Shown here: one piece after another, positions 45,291-55,205 of the stretch | How the letters are laid out: every line of letters begins with the position of its first letter | Numbering within the stretch: the first letter of the stretch is position 1 | Source: Candidatus Latescibacterota bacterium | GTDB lineage: Bacteria > Latescibacterota > UBA2968 > UBA8231 | DNA length: 64,000 bases | NCBI GenBank assembly: GCA_965203175.1 | Contig: OZ241867.1 | Location: 6,176,001 to 6,240,000, forward strand | Reading direction: 5' to 3' | The notes under the pieces: model-generated | Databases searched by the model: none | Told to the model about the DNA's origin: nothing | The model's input: only the letters and a program-made list of their open reading frames with translations | Program-made: the position numbers and the translations under genes

Positions 45291-46444
45291 GCCGCGTCGT
45301 CCTTGGCTGCGAACGCCTGCTCGCGGCCGGCGGCCTGATCCGCGACCGGCGCGTCGGCCTGATTACTAATCACTCAGGTGTCGATGCGCACCTACAATCC
45401 ACCGCCGACCGGTTGCACCAATCCGACCTCTGTACGCTCGTCGCCTTGTACGGGCCGGAGCACGGGATCCGCGGCGCAGCGCAAGACGGCGAGCACATCG
45501 CCCATTCTACCGACCACCGCACCGGCGTACCAACCTACAGCCTCTACGGCCAAGTGCGCGCACCGGATGCCGCCATGCTCGCCGGCGTCGAGCTGATGCT
45601 CTTTGACATTCAAGACGTCGGCGCGCGCTTTTACACCTATCTCTACACCATGAGCCTGAGCATGGCCGCCTGCGCCCAAGCGGGCATTCCCTTTCTCGTC
45701 CTCGACCGCCCTAACCCCATTGGCGGCCAAGCCGTCGCCGGAAATTGTCTCGACCCGGCGTTTGCCTCTTTCGTCGGGCAGTACCCAATTCCGGTGCGCT
45801 ACGGCCTGACCATCGGCGAACTCGCCCGGCTCTTCAACGAGGAATACGGAATCGGCGCAGACCTACACATCGTCCCCATGGAGGGCTGGCAACGCTCCTT
45901 TTACTGGGAGGACACCGGCCTGCCGTGGGTGCCGCCGTCGCCCAATATGCCTAGCCCGGAGACGGCGGTGATCTATCCGGGAACCTGTTTCTTCGAAGGG
46001 ACCAACGTGTCTGAAGGACGGGGGACGGCCAAACCTTTTGAGCAGTTTGGCGCGCCGTTTATCGACGGGGCGCGCCTAGCCGACGCGCTCAACAGCCGAG
46101 CGCTGCCCGGGGTGGGCTTCCGCCCGGTGTTTTTCCAGCCGACGGCCAGCAAGTACGCAGACGAAATTTGCGAAGGGGTTCAAGTTCACGTCCTCGACCG
46201 CGCAGCCTTCGAGCCTGTCGTCGTTGGCTTTGAGGCGGTCGCGGTCGTGCGTCGGCTCTATCCAGGCGAATTCGCCTGGCGCGTGCCCGCCGGCGGCATC
46301 CACAACTTCGATCGCCTCGCGGGCACCGACCAGATCCGCCGCGCCCTCGACGCGGGATTAGCTGTCGCCGAGCTACAGACCGCTTGGGACGAGGCGTGCC
46401 AAGCCTTTGACGCTGTTCGCCGCCGCTACTTGACGTACTCTTGA
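45287..46444 (+). CDS. namZ: Exo-beta-N-acetylmuramidase NamZ (DUF1343)
   Basis: VGLITNHSG, PEHG, DIQDVGARFYTY, LDRPNP, PSPN, SEGRGT. Confidence 0.92.
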   Translation: MSRVVLGCERLLAAGGLIRDRRVGLITNHSGVDAHLQSTADRLHQSDLCTLVALYGPEHGIRGAAQDGEHIAHSTDHRTGVPTYSLYGQVRAPDAAMLAGVELMLFDIQDVGARFYTYLYTMSLSMAACAQAGIPFLVLDRPNPIGGQAVAGNCLDPAFASFVGQYPIPVRYGLTIGELARLFNEEYGIGADLHIVPMEGWQRSFYWEDTGLPWVPPSPNMPSPETAVIYPGTCFFEGTNVSEGRGTAKPFEQFGAPFIDGARLADALNSRALPGVGFRPVFFQPTASKYADEICEGVQVHVLDRAAFEPVVVGFEAVAVVRRLYPGEFAWRVPAGGIHNFDRLAGTDQIRRALDAGLAVAELQTAWDEACQAFDAVRRRYLTYS

Positions 46445-46512
46445 ACGAGGTTGTCCCGCCGCGCGATCTTTGTTATCGTTCACATTAGTACTCGCTACAC
46501 CTGATACCTGTC

Positions 46513-47103
46513 ATGCCCGCACCGCTCCAAACTGGCACCCTGTTGGTCGCCACTCCCACGCTCGAATCGCCCGCCTTCGACCGCGCAGTCGTGCTCATTA
46601 CCCACTATAGCGAAACAGACCTCACCATGGGTCTGGTGATCAACCGGCCCCTCGGCGAGCGAGTCCGGCGCTATGCGACTGATTCCCTACAGCAGCTCGC
46701 AGGCGGCGAAGATGCGTGTGCAGAGTTGGGACGAATATTCTACCAAGGAGGGCCAGTACACCAGCGCTATCTTTTCTTTTTGCACCGGCTCGATGGCCTA
46801 GTCGAAGGGGGCACAAAAATCCTCGACGGCCTCTATCTAGGTGGCAACCTCGATACCAAGTACGCCGAGGCCGAGGTGCTCCGGGTCGACGCGCCGCGGT
46901 TGCGGTTCTACTTGGGTTACGCCGGCTGGGAGCCGGGCCAACTCGAAGCCGAGATTAACGCCGGCACTTGGTTTTTGGCCCCAGGTGACCCCGAGATGGT
47001 CCTAGCGCCCACCCCCGAAACCATGTGGCAAGCAGTGACCTATTCCATGGGGGGCAAATATCGCCCCATCTCCGTATTTCCCGAAGATCCAGCCGTCAAT
47101 TAA
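46513..47103 (+). CDS. YqgE/AlgH family protein
   Basis: GLVINRP, GGPV, FYLGYAGW..GQLEAE. Confidence 0.92.
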   Translation: MPAPLQTGTLLVATPTLESPAFDRAVVLITHYSETDLTMGLVINRPLGERVRRYATDSLQQLAGGEDACAELGRIFYQGGPVHQRYLFFLHRLDGLVEGGTKILDGLYLGGNLDTKYAEAEVLRVDAPRLRFYLGYAGWEPGQLEAEINAGTWFLAPGDPEMVLAPTPETMWQAVTYSMGGKYRPISVFPEDPAVN

Positions 47104-48087
47104 TCAGCACACCATGCCCCGCTTGGCGCGGATGCCGTGCGCGGGCGGGTCGTCGCCGATCCAGCGGTCGTCTATTGGCTCGTGTGAACGCTGGTAGCGC
47201 GTATCGGAAGAGAGGCGGATGCGGTCCGTCTGGTTGTCTGAGCTAGCGTGCAACAGATACATGCAGAAGACCAGCAAATCTCCCATCTGGTACTCGGCCG
47301 TCAGCCAGCGGCCCCGCAACTCTTCGCGCACGGCAATCGCGTCGTGCGAGTAGGACCCGGACGAGTTCCAGCGAATTTGCTCGCGTTCTTCTCGTGTCAA
47401 CTCGCGGCCCTGTTCTTGAGCTGCCGCGACGATTTGGCGCGCGGTGGGGCCGTCGTTTTCGCAAAACGCATCCACATCAGTCTGGCCGTAGCCTTGTTTC
47501 AAGGCTTCGTTCTTGTGCGACCCCTCCAACACCATCAGCCCCCCCATCTCGTAAGGCACGTCGCTGAAGGGCGTCCACGACGTATAGAGCGCCTTGGTTC
47601 CTCTCCCCATATAGACGATGTCGCAATGCGGGGTCGTCGCCGTGTTGGTGCCCGGCTGCTTGGCGCGGAACCAAGTGTAGTCGTAATGCCGGACGGGCCC
47701 GCCTAAGAAAAATTCGTAAAAATCCATCATCGGGCCGTCGTGGAGGACCTTGTCCAGCGGCGGGTTGTTGCGCGCCAAGACGGGCATAAACGGGCCCGTG
47801 GCCGCCGGATTGACCGTCTTACCCGTGGCCACTACGCCTTCCATGGGCGGCCGCGCTGGGTCTAGCACCCCGGCCTTGAAGAGGCGATCGCACAATTCGG
47901 CCCGCGCCGCCAACACTTCGCGCCGATCCAAATACCCAGGCAAAAACAAATACCCGTCTTCCTCCATCCGCTCCCAGAGCGCTTCCCGATCGCCGATTAC
48001 ATCATCCGAGCGGCGGAGTTCGCCCACCTGCTCCATGGCGATCAGCTTGCCGCTGTACGTGAGTTGAGGTATAGTTGCCGTAGTCAT
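47104..48087 (-). CDS. Phytanoyl-CoA dioxygenase (PhyH) family
   Basis: PHCD, GDLLVF..LHAS..RLSSDTRY. Confidence 0.92.
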   Translation of the reverse strand: MTTATIPQLTYSGKLIAMEQVGELRRSDDVIGDREALWERMEEDGYLFLPGYLDRREVLAARAELCDRLFKAGVLDPARPPMEGVVATGKTVNPAATGPFMPVLARNNPPLDKVLHDGPMMDFYEFFLGGPVRHYDYTWFRAKQPGTNTATTPHCDIVYMGRGTKALYTSWTPFSDVPYEMGGLMVLEGSHKNEALKQGYGQTDVDAFCENDGPTARQIVAAAQEQGRELTREEREQIRWNSSGSYSHDAIAVREELRGRWLTAEYQMGDLLVFCMYLLHASSDNQTDRIRLSSDTRYQRSHEPIDDRWIGDDPPAHGIRAKRGMVC

Positions 48088-48270
48088 AGGTCGTCCTTTC
48101 TGAATCTAAAATTACGCTGCTGGCCCTCGGAAGCAAATGCCCGCCGACCAAACGGGCGGAGTGTCGTCCAAACGGGTGGAGCAATATCCTGATTGACCTA
48201 ACGTGCCTTAATTATTACATTTAGGCCCATCCCCAGTAACCCCTTATTGGCTTTTTGAGCGAGAAAAATA

Positions 48271-49398
48271 ATGTACATTCGTTCGCTGTGTGTCGCTGTA
48301 TGTTTGTTCTGGGTACCGCTTCAAGCCGCCGACTTCAACCCAGGCTCGAAGCCGCCGTATGCCGCCGCCATTTTGCTCGAAGCCGAAAGCGGCACCATCC
48401 TTTTTGCCCATCACCCAGATAGAAAGCGCTCGCCGGCCAGCACCCAAAAGCTGGTGCTCAAACTCGTGGTTTTAGAAATGGTCAAAGCAGGCAAGATCTC
48501 GTTAGAGGACTCGGTCTTGGTCTCCCGTCGTGCGGCGCGCACCGGCGGCTCTCAGGTTTTCTTGAAGCAAGGCGAGGTCTTTACACTGCGGGAACTGATG
48601 GAGGCTGCGGCTATTGCCTCGGCTAACGATGCTTGCGTTGCCATTGCCGAGCACATCAGCGGCTCGACCCCCGGCTTTGTCAGACTGATGAACGATCGCG
48701 CCCAAAGCCTCGGAATGCGCGACACGCGTGTTGTCAATGTCCACGGCCTCGACAACACCCCACGCGGTAAAGGCAACCTAAGCACGGCCCGCGACCTCTC
48801 CAAAATCGCCCGCGAGCTCTTGGGCCACCCAGAGGCACTGCAATGGTCATCTACCCGCCGCAAACCCTTCCGCAACGGCAAGTTCACGCTTCGCGCCACC
48901 AACAAGCTGCTGGGGCAGTTCCAAGGGCTTGACGGGCTAAAAACTGGTTATACGCGACGCGCTGGCTCCTGTCTCGTTTCTACGGCCATGCGCCACGACA
49001 TGCGTCTAATCTCTGTGATCTTGGGAGCCTCCTCCACGCGCGTCCGCAACCGGGAGACTCGCCGCCTGCTAACCTGGGGCTTTGATAACTTCTCGCGCGT
49101 GCCCATCGTCGAAACCGGCGAGCTAATGGGCAAGGTCGCGCTCAACTGGGGAATAGAGCCAGAGGTGCGCGTCTTGGCCCAAGACACCATAGTCGCCGTG
49201 CTCACCCCCGAACAGAAGCAGCAGATAGTCCGCCACCTAGAGCTACCCGAGGAATTTCCAGCACCGGTCGCTGCCGGAACTGAAATGGGCAAGCTGCGAG
49301 TCTCGCTGGGCGATAGCCTCCTGGCCGTGGTGCCCATCCACGCTGAAAAGAGCATCGGCCGCATGGGGCTGTGGGACAAGCTAATGACGTACTTTTAA
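48271..49398 (+). CDS. D-alanyl-D-alanine carboxypeptidase (PBP5 family)
   Basis: SxxK (ASTQK), SAN, KTG motifs. Confidence 0.93.
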   Translation: MYIRSLCVAVCLFWVPLQAADFNPGSKPPYAAAILLEAESGTILFAHHPDRKRSPASTQKLVLKLVVLEMVKAGKISLEDSVLVSRRAARTGGSQVFLKQGEVFTLRELMEAAAIASANDACVAIAEHISGSTPGFVRLMNDRAQSLGMRDTRVVNVHGLDNTPRGKGNLSTARDLSKIARELLGHPEALQWSSTRRKPFRNGKFTLRATNKLLGQFQGLDGLKTGYTRRAGSCLVSTAMRHDMRLISVILGASSTRVRNRETRRLLTWGFDNFSRVPIVETGELMGKVALNWGIEPEVRVLAQDTIVAVLTPEQKQQIVRHLELPEEFPAPVAAGTEMGKLRVSLGDSLLAVVPIHAEKSIGRMGLWDKLMTYF

Positions 49399-49404
49399 GC
49401 GCGG

Positions 49405-49827
49405 CTACTTGTGGTACCGCCCACCGCTTAAAATATCAAAGGACCGATACAAAGCCTCCAACAACAGCAGGCGCGCTAGCTGGTGGGAAAAAGTCAGCGG
49501 CGACAGCGACCACCGCTCTCGTATTTGAGACTCCACCCCCGCCGGCATTCCCTCGGCTCCTCCTATTACCAACACTAGATGCGAGTGGCCTTGGTTCATG
49601 AGCCGCTGGACCCGTTGCGCCAACTGTTCAGAAGTGAACGGCTCTCCTTCCACGTATAGACCGACGACATAGGTCCCTTTCAACAGCCGGTCCGGCAGAC
49701 CGCCCTGCGCCTTGCCTGGGCACAACGCAACCCGCGCCTGCCGCGAGAGCCGCTTGATATACTCCTGCTCGGCGGCTTCTAGTGCTGGGTTGCGGTGTTT
49801 CTCGTAGGAGACAATGCTGATCTGCAT
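49405..49827 (-). CDS. rlmH: 23S rRNA (pseudouridine1915-N3)-methyltransferase
   Basis: IGGAEG, SLSPLTFSHQLARL..YRS..YHK. Confidence 0.93.
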   Translation of the reverse strand: MQISIVSYEKHRNPALEAAEQEYIKRLSRQARVALCPGKAQGGLPDRLLKGTYVVGLYVEGEPFTSEQLAQRVQRLMNQGHSHLVLVIGGAEGMPAGVESQIRERWSLSPLTFSHQLARLLLLEALYRSFDILSGGRYHK

Positions 49828-49832
49828 TGGCG

Positions 49833-50885
49833 TTAGTAGTGATCTGGCGCAATCGACAAGGCCCGGTTCTCCAGCGGCAAGGCCACTCGCGCCCCACCCT
49901 GCCGATGCGACTCGACGATTGCGAAAATTAGCTCTTGGCTGCGACAGGCGAGCGTTAGATTGCCTTGGGTATCGCCGTCCTCGTCGATTGCCCGGACGAT
50001 ATCCTCCATCCCGCGCAATGTGCCGCTCTCAATGACAGCTTCGGGCGCATCCACCGGGCGCAACTCGCCGTGCTCGTCTTTCTTGCGCAGACTATAGCCC
50101 ATCCCATTGCTCAAGGTGCGTAGCATGCCCTCGGTGCCGCTGATTTCAAATTCCCAGCCGGGCGTGCCCACTAAGTACGAGTGAATTCCGTTTTTGAACT
50201 GCACGTATCCATTGCTGATCCTCGGATCTATAGTCAGCCGGTCGCCCTCCCAATCCGCGGCCTCTGCCTGTACCGTCCCCTGCGCGAATTCCGCCTCCGA
50301 GTCCAGCGCAAAAAAGAGCATCATGTCGGCCGCGTGCGTATGCCCCCATTGCGCCACGCTGATCCCGCAGTTTGCCACGACCGCCTGCACCTCGCCGATG
50401 TCGCCGCGCTCGATCATGGCGCGCGCATCGCGGTAGAGCGCGGCATAACGCCGCTGCGTGCCGTAGTTGAATTTGACACCCCGCGGTGTGCAGGCTTGCA
50501 GCATGGCGTCCATCTCGTGCACGGCGTTGCACAGCGACTTCTCGCAGTAGATGCCTTTGATGCCAGCTTCGGCCGCGAAAATTACCTGCTCGGCGTGCGG
50601 GCCCGGCCGGGTGGCAATGCTGACCACGTCGAGGTTTTCGCGCTCGATCATTTCCCTGTAATCGGCATAGGATCGCTGGGCACCGTAGCGGTCGCGGATC
50701 CTTTCGGCCTTCTCCTCGATTGGGTCGCAGACGGCAACCAGTTCCATCCGCTCGCAGGCGACGATTGCCGCGGCGTGCGAATACGGCAGAAAGAGCTGGG
50801 CATTGGGGCCGCTTTTGACTTCGTCGTCAATGGTGGCACCCATGCGTCCGCAGCCGATGAGTCCAACTCGATAGGTAGTGGGCAT
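49833..50885 (-). CDS. Gfo/Idh/MocA oxidoreductase
   Basis: VGLIGCGRMG, YCEKS, THAAD. Confidence 0.92.
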   Translation of the reverse strand: MPTTYRVGLIGCGRMGATIDDEVKSGPNAQLFLPYSHAAAIVACERMELVAVCDPIEEKAERIRDRYGAQRSYADYREMIERENLDVVSIATRPGPHAEQVIFAAEAGIKGIYCEKSLCNAVHEMDAMLQACTPRGVKFNYGTQRRYAALYRDARAMIERGDIGEVQAVVANCGISVAQWGHTHAADMMLFFALDSEAEFAQGTVQAEAADWEGDRLTIDPRISNGYVQFKNGIHSYLVGTPGWEFEISGTEGMLRTLSNGMGYSLRKKDEHGELRPVDAPEAVIESGTLRGMEDIVRAIDEDGDTQGNLTLACRSQELIFAIVESHRQGGARVALPLENRALSIAPDHY

Positions 50886-50908
50886 TTTGCTCTCCTTTTC
50901 GCGCAATC

Positions 50909-50937
50909 TTGACGCAGTTAGTATGCTGGGATATATT
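50909..50937 (+). promoter_or_regulatory. Sigma-70 promoter of tRNA-Val
   Basis: TTGACG-17 nt-TATATT. Confidence 0.75.
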
Positions 50938-50966
50938 ATTGACCCGTCTGCAATTAGACAACACGA

Positions 50967-51043
50967 GGGCGATTAGCTCAGCTGGCTAGAGCGCCTGCTT
51001 GACATGCAGGAGGTCACTAGTTCAAGTCTAGTATCGCCCACCA
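50967..51043 (+). tRNA. tRNA-Val(GAC)
   Basis: Acceptor stem GGGCGAT/ATCGCCC followed by ACCA; anticodon arm CCTGC-TTGACAT-GCAGG; TTCAAGT T-loop. Confidence 0.98.
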
Positions 51044-51049
51044 TCTTCT

Positions 51050-51080
51050 AAGCCCCTGACTTTTCAGGGGCTTTCTTTTT
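51050..51080 (+). terminator. Intrinsic terminator after the tRNA
   Basis: aagcccctga-cttt-tcaggggctt followed by a T-rich tract. Confidence 0.85.
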
Positions 51081-51172
51081 ATCCCCTTGTTTTTGTTTCT
51101 CAGCGCACAGATAATCAGTAGTTTGGCCCGGAGCACTTGAGTCACCTAAGTCTTCAGGACAGAAAAGGAAAG

Positions 51173-52183
51173 ATGACAGGCATTGGAATTATAGGTGCGG
51201 GAGGAATTGCCGAGCACCATTTGAGGGCGATCTCTCGACATCGTCAGGCCAAGGTTCTTTGCCTGGCCGACACTGACTTGAACAGAGCACAGAGCTTGGC
51301 GGACAGATACGGAATCAGTCGGGTTACAGTTGACCCGAATAGGATCCTTCTGAACGCGGAGGTCAATACGGTCATTATTGCTCTGCCCACATTTCTTCAT
51401 TATGAATGGCTGTTGCGATGTGCGAGAGCCGGCAAAGATATCCTCACCGAAAAACCTCTGTGCCGAACTGTGTCGGAAGGCAAACGCGTTCTTCGCACAT
51501 GTACCAAGCACAACGTTCGTCTTGCGGTAGGATACATGAGACGCTTCTCGCCGGCGCGGTTGAAAGTACAGTCGTTGGTGCAAGCCGGAGCGTTGGGCAG
51601 ACCCGTGACTTGGCAGATCTCGTCATTCGGGCCGCGCTCAGACTTCTATCGCGGGCCCGGAAATTGGATGTGGGACAGACGCAAAGGCGGTGGTCTTGTC
51701 ATGGATGGCTCCATTCACGATTTCGACTTCGCGTGCTGGATCCTAGGACAACCGACAAAAATGTTCGCACAGTCCTCCCGGATATCAGATGTCGCGACAG
51801 CGCCGACGCAGGCACACGCTCTTGTCACTTTTGCAGACAGCGATCGTCTTGCGTACAGCGCTGCATGGCAAGAGGGTGATTTCAGCCCGAGTCAGCGCTC
51901 GTCGTGTATCATCGGATCTGAGGGGACCATCACTTTGGATTCTGATTTTGAATTCACTTGGCATTGTGTCGGCAAAAAAGAGCGACATTTCAAGTGGAGT
52001 CCTGACAGACTCCGCCCGTCAGGTATGGGGGCTTCCTGGCTCTTCTACCGACAACTGGACAGTTTTGTGAGGAAGCAGAACGATGTGAGCCTGGCAACTG
52101 GCCAAGAATCTCTCGCCAGCCTGTGGATAGCAGAAAAGATCATTGACGCGGGCCCAGACGGCAGGCTCTGCTACTACAGATGA
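51173..52183 (+). CDS. Gfo/Idh/MocA oxidoreductase
   Basis: GIIGAGGIA, EKP, GGGLVMDGSIHDFD. Confidence 0.93.
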   Translation: MTGIGIIGAGGIAEHHLRAISRHRQAKVLCLADTDLNRAQSLADRYGISRVTVDPNRILLNAEVNTVIIALPTFLHYEWLLRCARAGKDILTEKPLCRTVSEGKRVLRTCTKHNVRLAVGYMRRFSPARLKVQSLVQAGALGRPVTWQISSFGPRSDFYRGPGNWMWDRRKGGGLVMDGSIHDFDFACWILGQPTKMFAQSSRISDVATAPTQAHALVTFADSDRLAYSAAWQEGDFSPSQRSSCIIGSEGTITLDSDFEFTWHCVGKKERHFKWSPDRLRPSGMGASWLFYRQLDSFVRKQNDVSLATGQESLASLWIAEKIIDAGPDGRLCYYR

Positions 52184-53208
52184 CTATGATAACTGAGAGG
52201 AAAGGCCGAACCAATCCACTCTTCCTAATAATGGATCTGAGAGAAAAATCAGAGCGGTGGCGACAGGTTGTCAAAGAAGAAGATATATGGCGACCAGCTA
52301 TTCAGCAGATATGCGATCGCGCCGGTATAGTCTATAGATCGATACGGACGGATTTTCATTCTAACAACGCTGTTTTTCTACTCGATCATCACTACGTCGT
52401 AAAATTGTACGCCCCGGATCAACAAGGCTCTTTCCGCGCTGAAGAAGGGGCTTTACGCATTTTAGCGACGACCCCGGTCCTGCCAATCCCCCCCTTGTTA
52501 GCCGTCGGCGATCTTAACGGTTTGCTCTCTTGTCCTTATATAGTTATGGGTATGGTATCGGGCATGCCTTTAGACGAGCTTCGAGGAAGATTTGGCTCTG
52601 GCGATCTCGTCAATATTGCAACACAGTTAGGCACGGTTATGGCTCGTTTTCACGGTAGTTATTTTTCCGGCAAATCTCAGATTGGACAAGCATATGGGGC
52701 CTGGAATACGCTTTGTGAAAATCGGCGGCACCAATTCATTGAAAATCTTGGACAGACCGTTTCTTTCCCCTCTTGCCTTAAATCAGAACTGCGTGCATTT
52801 GTTTGTTCTACTGAGGTGGATACGTATCTGAATACTCCCCATATTTTGGTGCACGGCGACTTGACGTGTTACCATATTTATGTGGAAGAGCAGGCTGGTC
52901 ATTGGCGAGTTTCGGGAATCATTGATATGGGCAATGCGCTGGCAGCCCCACCTGAATACGATTGGACAGACCTGTGGTTTCAGACACTCGAACGAGATGT
53001 CCAAGCATTGATCGCTTTTCTAACTTCGTACCAATCAGCCCTCAAAATAGACGAAAATTACCGTCGCCGACTGATGGCCTTTTTCCTACACAGTTGGGAA
53101 GCAGCCCCTAAGTTGGCTGCGCTCCTTGAATCAGAGAATGCCCCAGACATTAAGGATATTGGAGCATTGCTGGATTGGCTTTGGCCAAGAGAATTGGAAA
53201 CTTCATGA
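52180..53208 (+). CDS. APH-family (aminoglycoside/choline kinase-like) phosphotransferase
   Basis: YVVKLY, LVHGDL, IIDMG. Confidence 0.88.
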   Translation: MTMITERKGRTNPLFLIMDLREKSERWRQVVKEEDIWRPAIQQICDRAGIVYRSIRTDFHSNNAVFLLDHHYVVKLYAPDQQGSFRAEEGALRILATTPVLPIPPLLAVGDLNGLLSCPYIVMGMVSGMPLDELRGRFGSGDLVNIATQLGTVMARFHGSYFSGKSQIGQAYGAWNTLCENRRHQFIENLGQTVSFPSCLKSELRAFVCSTEVDTYLNTPHILVHGDLTCYHIYVEEQAGHWRVSGIIDMGNALAAPPEYDWTDLWFQTLERDVQALIAFLTSYQSALKIDENYRRRLMAFFLHSWEAAPKLAALLESENAPDIKDIGALLDWLWPRELETS

Positions 53209-53229
53209 ACATGGAACAGTTTTCACTTC

Positions 53230-53305
53230 GGCTAACATCAAACCCACGGCTCCGCTTCGCTCCGCCAAACCCCTTCGGGGTTCGTGGGTTTGAAAAACGT
53301 TAGCC
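53230..53305 (+). repeat. attC-like site 1
   Basis: GGCTAAC...TCAAACCCACG/CGTGGGTTTGA...GTTAGCC. Confidence 0.88.
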
Positions 53306-53323
53306 GAAAATACCCAAGGAAAA

Positions 53324-54109
53324 GTGACTTCATCGATGAATCAAATTCTCTCTCAAGAGGACATTGAACGCTTCCATCTAAACGGGTACGTCCGCCTCGA
53401 ATCGGCTTTTGATCGCACACTTACGCATCGCGTGATGACGTACATATGGGAAATACTTGAGCAGAGATACGGCTTCGATCGCGAAGATCCCTCAACCTGG
53501 AATCGCCCGACAAAAGGACTCAGCAAGATACTGCAAGCGAACCGAGACCTTTGGAATATTGGCGACCAGAAGATCACCTATGCGATCACCCAGCTCCTAG
53601 GTCCTAGCTGGAAATCACCCCCCCACTGGGGCACCTTGCTCCACACGATGCCTGAATCCCCCGATATGTGGAATATTCCGACGGGATGGCACTGGGACTC
53701 AGATCCGTTGGAAATCATAAATGGGAAAGAAGGTCTGTTCATCTTTATTTTTATGTCCCACGTCTTACCGCAGGGGGGTGGAACGCTTATTCTGGAGGGA
53801 GCCCATAAGCTCCTCTTGCGATATCATTGCCGGAGTGTAGAGGCTAAGGGGGGCCACAGTACATTCTTCAAAGCGCACCCATGGCTGGTGGATCTACGGA
53901 ACAACACAGGACCGATGAACGAACGAGTTGCTCGTCTGATGGAGCAGAATGCAGAGATTGAGAATATAAAGGTTAGGGTTGTTGAACTTACGGGAGAGCC
54001 AGGCGATGCCGTGCTCTGCCATCCGCTGATCGTACACGCTCGGTCTCAGAACGCTTCAAAAGTGCCTAGGTTCATGTTGGCCAAGCGAATATGGCGCGAA
54101 CAAGCCTAG
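53324..54109 (+). CDS. PhyH family dioxygenase (cassette gene)
   Basis: FHLNGYV, WHWD, GEPGDAVLCHP..HARS..RF. Confidence 0.9.
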   Translation: MTSSMNQILSQEDIERFHLNGYVRLESAFDRTLTHRVMTYIWEILEQRYGFDREDPSTWNRPTKGLSKILQANRDLWNIGDQKITYAITQLLGPSWKSPPHWGTLLHTMPESPDMWNIPTGWHWDSDPLEIINGKEGLFIFIFMSHVLPQGGGTLILEGAHKLLLRYHCRSVEAKGGHSTFFKAHPWLVDLRNNTGPMNERVARLMEQNAEIENIKVRVVELTGEPGDAVLCHPLIVHARSQNASKVPRFMLAKRIWREQA

Positions 54110-54142
54110 GCTGGCAGCCTCGACTTGTATGATGATATCTTC

Positions 54143-54229
54143 GACTAACAGCAGCACTTGTGGCTCGGGCCTGACGCCCCTCGACCTAACTTGCTTGCAG
54201 CAAGTTCACAAGTGCACCAACCGTTACGC
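54143..54229 (+). repeat. attC-like site 2
   Basis: GACTAAC...GCACTTGTG/CACAAGTGC...GTTACGC. Confidence 0.85.
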
Positions 54230-54246
54230 GAAAAATGTCATTCTTC

Positions 54247-54336
54247 GCGTAACAAGCAGTTACCACTGCGCCGCATACGCGGCTTGGCCCTGTGGGCAAC
54301 CTCCTTCGCAGGTTCAGTAACTGTAAAACGTTATCT
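54247..54336 (+). repeat. attC-like site 3
   Basis: GCGTAAC...CAGTTAC/GTAACTG...GTTATCT. Confidence 0.85.
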
Positions 54337-54376
54337 GCCATGCGTTTTCGCCTGATTGGTCGAAGGGGTTACAGCT

Positions 54377-55195
54377 ATGGAAACTTCCAAAATCGCCTTT
54401 GTGAGAGACCGGAATGGACTCTTTGATATCTTTACTATGAATGAGGACGGAACAGATCAGACCAACATCACGCGCACCCCGGATTACGAGAAAGACCACG
54501 TAAACTGGTCTCCCGATGGCACGCGTATCGCCTACTGCGACCGACGCCATGGCAAGGGCGAAATTTACGTAATCAACGCCGATGGAAGCGAACCAAGGCG
54601 ACTGACCCACAATTCGGCCCCTGACCTTCGTTCTCACTGGTCGCCCGACGGCCAGACGATCATTTTTTGCACGGATCGTCACGACAACGTCGAGATCTAT
54701 GCCATGAACAGCGACGGTTCTAACCAGAGGAATTTGACCAATCATCCGGCGTATGAGTTGGAATCAACTTTTTCCCCAGATGGCTCTAAGATTGCCTTCA
54801 CGACCGACCGCGATGGTAAGACACAAATTTATGTGATGAAACCGGATGGAAGCGAGCAAAAACGGTTGCACGTTTCTCAGGGCAACGATGAAGATCCTGC
54901 CTGGTCACCGGACGGCAAGTGGATCGCCTTTAAGTCGGACCGCGATGGAAAAAGATCGCAACTCTACGTCATGAGAGCGGATGGGTCGGATCCTAGACGC
55001 CTCACCAACGTTGAGGGCGGCGGCGCTATGGAACCCTCATGGTCACCAGATGGCTCGGCGATCAGCTTCACGGGCGACTGGGAAGGCCGCCAGCAAATCT
55101 ACCGGATAGATATCGACGGAAAGAATTTGACTAATCTCTCTAATAGCTCGACGAAGGATTTTGCTGGTGATTGGGGACCAACGATCGAGATTTGA
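54377..55195 (+). CDS. TolB-like PD40 beta-propeller protein
   Basis: Repeated WSPDG..IAF..DRDG..IYVM..DGS. Confidence 0.92.
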   Translation: METSKIAFVRDRNGLFDIFTMNEDGTDQTNITRTPDYEKDHVNWSPDGTRIAYCDRRHGKGEIYVINADGSEPRRLTHNSAPDLRSHWSPDGQTIIFCTDRHDNVEIYAMNSDGSNQRNLTNHPAYELESTFSPDGSKIAFTTDRDGKTQIYVMKPDGSEQKRLHVSQGNDEDPAWSPDGKWIAFKSDRDGKRSQLYVMRADGSDPRRLTNVEGGGAMEPSWSPDGSAISFTGDWEGRQQIYRIDIDGKNLTNLSNSSTKDFAGDWGPTIEI

Positions 55196-55205
55196 GCTTC
55201 GGCAA

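Noticed and set aside
51081-51172. attI site, Pc promoter or integrase remnant after the tRNA
   Set aside because: No recognisable simple site, direct repeats or recombinase fragment could be supported by eye
54377-55195. tolB as part of a Tol-Pal locus
   Set aside because: Propeller only, with no signal peptide or TolB N-domain and no pal/tolQRA neighbours
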